Notes under the pieces: model-generated
Seen by the model: the letters and a program-made list of their open reading frames with translations, nothing else
Told to the model about the DNA's origin: nothing
The model's database searches: none
Part shown: positions 59,362 to 64,000 of the stretch, piece by piece
How positions within the stretch are numbered: position 1 is the stretch's first letter
Layout of the letters: each line of letters opens with the position of its first letter
Made by a program: the position numbers and the translations under genes
NCBI GenBank assembly: GCA_963825055.1
Contig: CAWGSK010000030.1
Location: 75,208 to 139,207 of the forward strand
Direction: 5' to 3'
DNA from: an uncultured Gemmatimonadales bacterium
GTDB taxonomy: Bacteria > Gemmatimonadota > Gemmatimonadetes > Gemmatimonadales > GWC2-71-9
Length of the DNA stretch: 64,000 nucleotides

Positions 59362-60729
59362 ATGACCATCACCAGCGTCAATCCAGCCACGGGAGCAGAG
59401 CTCTCCACCTACGACACCCTCTCCGCCGGGCAGGTCGCGGAAACGGTCGTCGCCTGTCACGGAGCCCAGCGCGCCTGGGCCACCACGGCGATGGCTTCCC
59501 GTGCCTCGCCGGCGAGTCGTGCTGCCGGAGTCCTGCGCGAGGGCCAGGAGCGTCTCGCCCGGCTCATGGCGCAGGAAATGGGGAAGCCTGTCGCGCAGGG
59601 CCGCTCAGAGGTGGAGAAATGCGCCTGGCTCTGCGAATATTTCGCGGAGCAGGCCGAGGGATTCCTGGCGCCGGAGGAGGTGGCAACAGACGCGTCGCAC
59701 AGTTTCGTCACCTTCGCCCCGCTCGGGGTAATTCTCGCGGTCATGCCGTGGAACTTCCCGCTCTGGCAGGTATTCCGGGCCGCCATCCCCGCGCTCCTGG
59801 CCGGAAACGGCATGGTGCTCAAGCACGCCAGCAACGTCCCCGGGTGCGCCCTCGCCTGTGAGGATATCCTGAACCGCGCCGGCTTCCCCGAGGGCCTGTT
59901 CCGGACGCTGCTGATCGGCAGCGACATGGTCAACGGCGTTATCGACCACGCGCATGTGCGCGGCGTGACGGTGACCGGGTCGGTGGCGGCCGGGCGCGCG
60001 GTCGCGGAGCGGGCGGGCCGGCAGCTCAAGAAGACCGTCCTCGAGCTTGGCGGAAGCGATGCCTACATTGTCCTGGAGGATGCCGACGTCGAGGCTGCCG
60101 CAGCCACCTGCGTGAAAAGCCGGCTCATCAACAGCGGACAGAGCTGCATCGCGGCCAAGCGATTCATCGTCATGGAAACCGTCCGGGAGGAGTTCGAGCG
60201 CCGGATAGTGGATGGCATGGCGGCAGCCGTGATGGGCGACCCGCTGGAGGAGGCCACGGACATCGGGCCCCAGGCGCGGACCGACCTGCGGGACGAACTC
60301 CACCGGCAGGTTGAGGTCTCCGTGCAGGCGGGTGCCCGGCTGCTCGAGGGTGGCACCGTACCGGATGCCCCGGGTGCGTGGTACCCGCCGACCGTGCTGA
60401 CGGACGTGAAACCCGGCATGCCGGCCTGCGACGAGGAGCTTTTCGGCCCGGTCGCAGCGATTATTCCGGTGGAAACGGAAGACCAGGCGATCACTGTCGC
60501 CAACGACAGCGTCTTCGGACTGGGCGCCGCCGTGTTCACCAGTGATGTCGCGCGCGGCGAGGAGATCGCCGCGCGCCGCCTGGAGGCGGGCTCCTGCTTC
60601 GTCAATGCGCTCGTCCGCTCCGATCCCCGCCTGCCGTTCGGCGGCATCAAGGATTCCGGCTACGGCCGGGAACTCGGCAGGTTCGGCATCCGCGAATTCG
60701 TGAACATCAAGACAGTCTATGCCAGCTGA
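59362..60729 (+). CDS. NAD(P)-dependent succinate-semialdehyde dehydrogenase
   Basis: SVNPATG, MPWNFP, LKHASN, TGS, LELGGSD, GQSCIAAKR, EELFGP, PFGGIKDSGYGRE. Confidence 0.92.
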   Translation: MTITSVNPATGAELSTYDTLSAGQVAETVVACHGAQRAWATTAMASRASPASRAAGVLREGQERLARLMAQEMGKPVAQGRSEVEKCAWLCEYFAEQAEGFLAPEEVATDASHSFVTFAPLGVILAVMPWNFPLWQVFRAAIPALLAGNGMVLKHASNVPGCALACEDILNRAGFPEGLFRTLLIGSDMVNGVIDHAHVRGVTVTGSVAAGRAVAERAGRQLKKTVLELGGSDAYIVLEDADVEAAAATCVKSRLINSGQSCIAAKRFIVMETVREEFERRIVDGMAAAVMGDPLEEATDIGPQARTDLRDELHRQVEVSVQAGARLLEGGTVPDAPGAWYPPTVLTDVKPGMPACDEELFGPVAAIIPVETEDQAITVANDSVFGLGAAVFTSDVARGEEIAARRLEAGSCFVNALVRSDPRLPFGGIKDSGYGRELGRFGIREFVNIKTVYAS

Positions 60730-60764
60730 ACCATATGTCTGACCCTGAACCGGGGGAGATCCCC

Positions 60765-61919
60765 ATGCGTACGACCATCACCATCGGTAGTTCCCTGCTC
60801 CTGCTCGCACTCGTGGCGCCACCGGCCGCCGCCCAGTCGGGGGCGTTTGTCACCAGACTCGGCAACGATACCGTCGGTATCGAGCGATACACCCGGACCG
60901 GCAACCGGATCGAAGGCGATCTGGTTGTCCGCGCGCCGCGGACCCGCCATGTGCATTACGTGGCCACGTATGACGGTTCCCAAATCAGTACCTTCGAGGT
61001 GAGGGACGTGCCTGCCGGCGGCACCGGGGAAGGCCAGGCCACCACGATGACCTTTTCGCCGGTCAGCATCACCCAGCGGGTCACGCGTGGCGACTCTACC
61101 CGGACCGTCACGGTCAAGGCCGATGGTGAGCGGGCCCCGCTCATCTTCGTCGGATACCCCTGGGCGCTGTATGAACAGGCCATCCGGACCGCCCTCGCCG
61201 GCGGGCGGGACAGCGCAACGGTGCAGGTCATCTTCCCGGGCGCCTCGCGGGTGGCGGCGATTCCGATCGTCCGGCATGGCGGCGATTCGGTCATGGTGGA
61301 TTTCTTCGGCGATCCGGGCTGGGCGACGGTGGACGGGCAGGGCCGGATCACGCGCTATGATGGCAGCCAGACGACCAACAAGGTCCTGGTCCAACGCGTG
61401 ACCGAGGTCCCCCTCGAGCAGCTGGCGAGTGACTTTGCGGCCCGGGACACGCACGGCCAGGCGGTCGGGCAACTCTCGCCGCGGGACACCGTCCGGGGAA
61501 CGGTGGGCGGCGCCCACCTGATGGTGGACTACGGCCGCCCCGGCATGCGGGGCCGCACCGTGTTCGGCGGGATCGTGCCGTGGGGGGCAGTGTGGAGGAC
61601 CGGGGCCAACGCGGCAACCCAGTTCGAGACGGACCGAGACCTCGAGATCGGCGGCAAGGCCGTCCCGGCTGGCAGGTACACCCTCTGGACCGTGCCCACA
61701 GAGAATAGCGCCACGCTGATCATCAACAGCCAGACGGGGCAGTGGGGGACGGACTACGACGCCTCAAAGGACTTCGTGAAGGTGCCCCTTACGGTGAAGC
61801 CCACGTCACAGCCGGTGGAGCGCTTCACCATCGCCGTCGAACCGAGCCAGGGGAACCAGGGCACGCTGTCGTTTTCCTGGGCGGACCGGCGCATGGAGGC
61901 TCCCATCGCGGTGAAGTAA
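60765..61919 (+). CDS. Secreted DUF2911-domain protein
   Basis: Signal peptide; LSP, YGRP..RGR.VFG..VP, VWRTGANAAT, GRYTLWTVP, QWGT.Y. Confidence 0.88.
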   Translation: MRTTITIGSSLLLLALVAPPAAAQSGAFVTRLGNDTVGIERYTRTGNRIEGDLVVRAPRTRHVHYVATYDGSQISTFEVRDVPAGGTGEGQATTMTFSPVSITQRVTRGDSTRTVTVKADGERAPLIFVGYPWALYEQAIRTALAGGRDSATVQVIFPGASRVAAIPIVRHGGDSVMVDFFGDPGWATVDGQGRITRYDGSQTTNKVLVQRVTEVPLEQLASDFAARDTHGQAVGQLSPRDTVRGTVGGAHLMVDYGRPGMRGRTVFGGIVPWGAVWRTGANAATQFETDRDLEIGGKAVPAGRYTLWTVPTENSATLIINSQTGQWGTDYDASKDFVKVPLTVKPTSQPVERFTIAVEPSQGNQGTLSFSWADRRMEAPIAVK

Positions 61920-61949
61920 CCACCGGAACGGGCCGGCTGGACCAGCGGT

Positions 61950-62040
61950 TGAACCACGGAAATACGAAATCCACGGAATGCATTTGAGCGTCTTGCCTGT
62001 GTTCCGTGTGTTCCGTGTGTTCCGTGACTTCCGTGGTTCA
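61950..62040. repeat. 9-nt-unit inverted repeat element, copy 3
   Basis: Perfect 12-bp terminal IR TGAACCACGGAA/TTCCGTGGTTCA; right arm ttccgtgtg ttccgtgtg ttccgtgac ttccgtggt. Confidence 0.9.
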
Positions 62041-62044
62041 GTGC

Positions 62045-62788
62045 CTATGGAGCGGGAATAAGAAAGACCGTCGGCTGCCGGGGGTGTGGCGGGGCATCCC
62101 GCCAGGGAACCAGGCGGACCCGGCCGCCAGCCAGTGGTCGCACGTACAGTTCATCCTTCACGAAGTAGGCCAGGGAATCCCCGCCCCAGCGAAGCGGGTC
62201 CCGGGCGGGCCGGGCGAGCGTGTCGAGCCCATCTTCGCCCGGCAGGCACAGTGCGTTCTCACCACACGGCGTGACCGCAACGCCCGGCAGGACGCCCGCA
62301 CGCGTCTCCAGCCCGAAGCGCGCATCGGGCCCACCATCAACTACCGTGTCATCGCCCGTCGCGTACACGAGTGAACGGTCGGTCGTCGCGATGAACAGCC
62401 GGGTACCGTCGGCATTCCAGGCGAGGCGCACGGGCTGCGCCCCGCCGGGCAGTGCCGGGACTTCGTGCTCCGCCCCGTCGTCCAGGTTCATGATCCAGAT
62501 GGCCCGGTCGGTGGTATCCGCCGCGCGGCGGGCGCGGGTGAAGGCGAGCCGACGCCCGTCGGGCGACAGCGCCGGATGCCCTTCCGCCACCCTGCTGTAG
62601 GTAACCTGGTAGACGACCCCCCCGCCCGTGCTCACCGCGAAGAGGTCGCCCTGGCCGTTCTCGCCGTCCCCGACGAACACGAGGTACGACTCCTCACCAA
62701 CGGCCAGGCGATTCTTCAGTGGGGAGATAAAGCCGCCGCACGCCGCCGCCAGGGTGGCGGTGAACAGCGCCAGCCGGGCGCGTCGCAC
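62045..62788 (-). CDS. TolB-like/PD40 beta-propeller lipoprotein
   Basis: Lipobox AAAC, PALSPDGRRLAF, IWIMNLD, AWNADG; TAGTG overlap with M1 gene. Confidence 0.75.
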   Translation of the reverse strand: MRRARLALFTATLAAACGGFISPLKNRLAVGEESYLVFVGDGENGQGDLFAVSTGGGVVYQVTYSRVAEGHPALSPDGRRLAFTRARRAADTTDRAIWIMNLDDGAEHEVPALPGGAQPVRLAWNADGTRLFIATTDRSLVYATGDDTVVDGGPDARFGLETRAGVLPGVAVTPCGENALCLPGEDGLDTLARPARDPLRWGGDSLAYFVKDELYVRPLAGGRVRLVPWRDAPPHPRQPTVFLIPAP

Positions 62789-64000
62789 TAGCGGCCGCCC
62801 GCCGTATCCAGGAGCCACCAGTGGTCAGGGTCGACCTGGATCGACGCAGGCGGCGGACCCTGCCACGGGATAACGCGCCGGGTCTCGCGGCTGTTCACAT
62901 CCAGGGTGACGAGGGTGCTGTCGAGGCGGACGCCGAGCGACGGCAGCCGGAACGCGCCCCAGGAGGTGTCCTGCACCTGCCGCACGGTGACCGCCAGGCG
63001 CCCCGCCCCTTCCGGCTTCACGCCCACCGACAGGACCGGATATCCCGGCTGGTGGAGGGCCTGGCGGAAGTACCAGTCCAGTCGCTGGCCGCTGGCCCGC
63101 TCCATGACCGCCTCGAGATCATCCGACAGGGCGGTGCTGTCCCGGTAGGTCCGGTACCAGTCGCGGATCCCGCGAAAGAATGCCGAGTCGCCCACCAGCC
63201 CGCGCAGCGAATGCAGGACCCAGGCGCCCTTCTGGTAATTGTTGCTGTTGAGCAACCGGAGCAGGTTGTCGGCGGTGTCGACGACGGGCCGCTCGGTCGC
63301 CGGGGATTCCCGTACTGTGCGCGCCGCGGCCTGCATGCCCGCCCGGAAGGCGCTGTCCCCGTGCCGGTGGCCGGCCCAGAGCGACGCGAAATAGGTGGCG
63401 AAGCCTTCCGAGAGCCAGAGGTGGCTCCAGTCCCGCTCGGTGACGGCGTCGCCGAACCACTGGTGCGCCGTCTCGTGCGCGACCGTGCCCTCGCCCAGTC
63501 GCTGGGTCGCGTAGGCCTTCTCGTCATAGAAGATGGCGGTGGCGTTCTCCATGCCGCCGAAGATGGTGCTCGACTGCACATGCGCGAGCGATGGATATGG
63601 GAACGGGCCGACCAGCCCGGAGAAGTAGTCCACCATGTCCACGGCGTCGTGGAAGGGTCCGTCCACCGCCCACGCGGAATCGGCGCCATAGGTCCAGACT
63701 GACACCGGCACGCAGCGGGACGCACAGTCCGCATCGCCCATGGGGGTTACCGCGAATCGCGCGGCGCCAAGGACCATGGTATAGACCGGCACGGGCACGT
63801 TGAGTTCATACTGCCAGCGGGTCCGGCCTTCGCCCAGCGTATCAACCCCGGCGAGCGTTCCGTTGGCGATGACCGCCAGCCCGCGGGGTGCCACGACCGA
63901 GAATGACACCGTGGCCTTGTCCGAAGGATGGTCCTGTGAGGGGAACCACCGGTGCGCCCGGTTGGGCCAGTTGTCCGCGAAGAACGCGCGCCCCCTGCCC
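62788..64000 (-). CDS. M1 family aminopeptidase (5' truncated by window)
   Basis: GGMEN, HETAHQWFG, WLSEGFATY, YQKGAWVLH. Confidence 0.93.
   Translation of the reverse strand, partial: GRGRAFFADNWPNRAHRWFPSQDHPSDKATVSFSVVAPRGLAVIANGTLAGVDTLGEGRTRWQYELNVPVPVYTMVLGAARFAVTPMGDADCASRCVPVSVWTYGADSAWAVDGPFHDAVDMVDYFSGLVGPFPYPSLAHVQSSTIFGGMENATAIFYDEKAYATQRLGEGTVAHETAHQWFGDAVTERDWSHLWLSEGFATYFASLWAGHRHGDSAFRAGMQAAARTVRESPATERPVVDTADNLLRLLNSNNYQKGAWVLHSLRGLVGDSAFFRGIRDWYRTYRDSTALSDDLEAVMERASGQRLDWYFRQALHQPGYPVLSVGVKPEGAGRLAVTVRQVQDTSWGAFRLPSLGVRLDSTLVTLDVNSRETRRVIPWQGPPPASIQVDPDHWWLLDTAGGR

Noticed and set aside
61950..62040. Repeat arrays as CRISPR or IS ends
   Set aside because: Units are 7-9 nt with no unique spacers, no cas or transposase genes, and no clear target-site duplication

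Overview
GC-rich (roughly 68-70% by eye), densely coding bacterial chromosome segment. Gene content and style suggest Gemmatimonadota, but this is inference. It holds about 65 mostly housekeeping, envelope and peptide-catabolism genes: acyl-CoA dehydrogenase, dacB, peptidases (M42, M28-PDZ, M1), a polX-nth-yyaL operon, FadL plus SGNH lipase, cardiolipin synthase, an ECF-associated MacAB-TolC-like exporter, a cytochrome b/molybdoenzyme pair, fabH, yggX, a VIT1-ferritin fusion, leuS, an MCP, pncB-pncA and three ECF sigma/anti-sigma pairs. No rRNA, tRNA, CRISPR array, integrase or transposase was seen. Most unusual signals: (1) three dispersed intergenic hairpins built from 9-nt tandem units (CACGGARNN ... 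NNYTCCGTG), one just downstream of a counter-oriented GxxExxY PD-(D/E)XK-type nuclease gene, suggesting a REP/RAYT-like nuclease-repeat system; (2) other 7-9-nt tandem-repeat families with similar architecture at gene 3' ends; (3) a translationally coupled repair operon whose PolX lacks the catalytic aspartates and whose endonuclease III has His at one 4Fe-4S cysteine position. All product calls come from motif recognition, not database searches.
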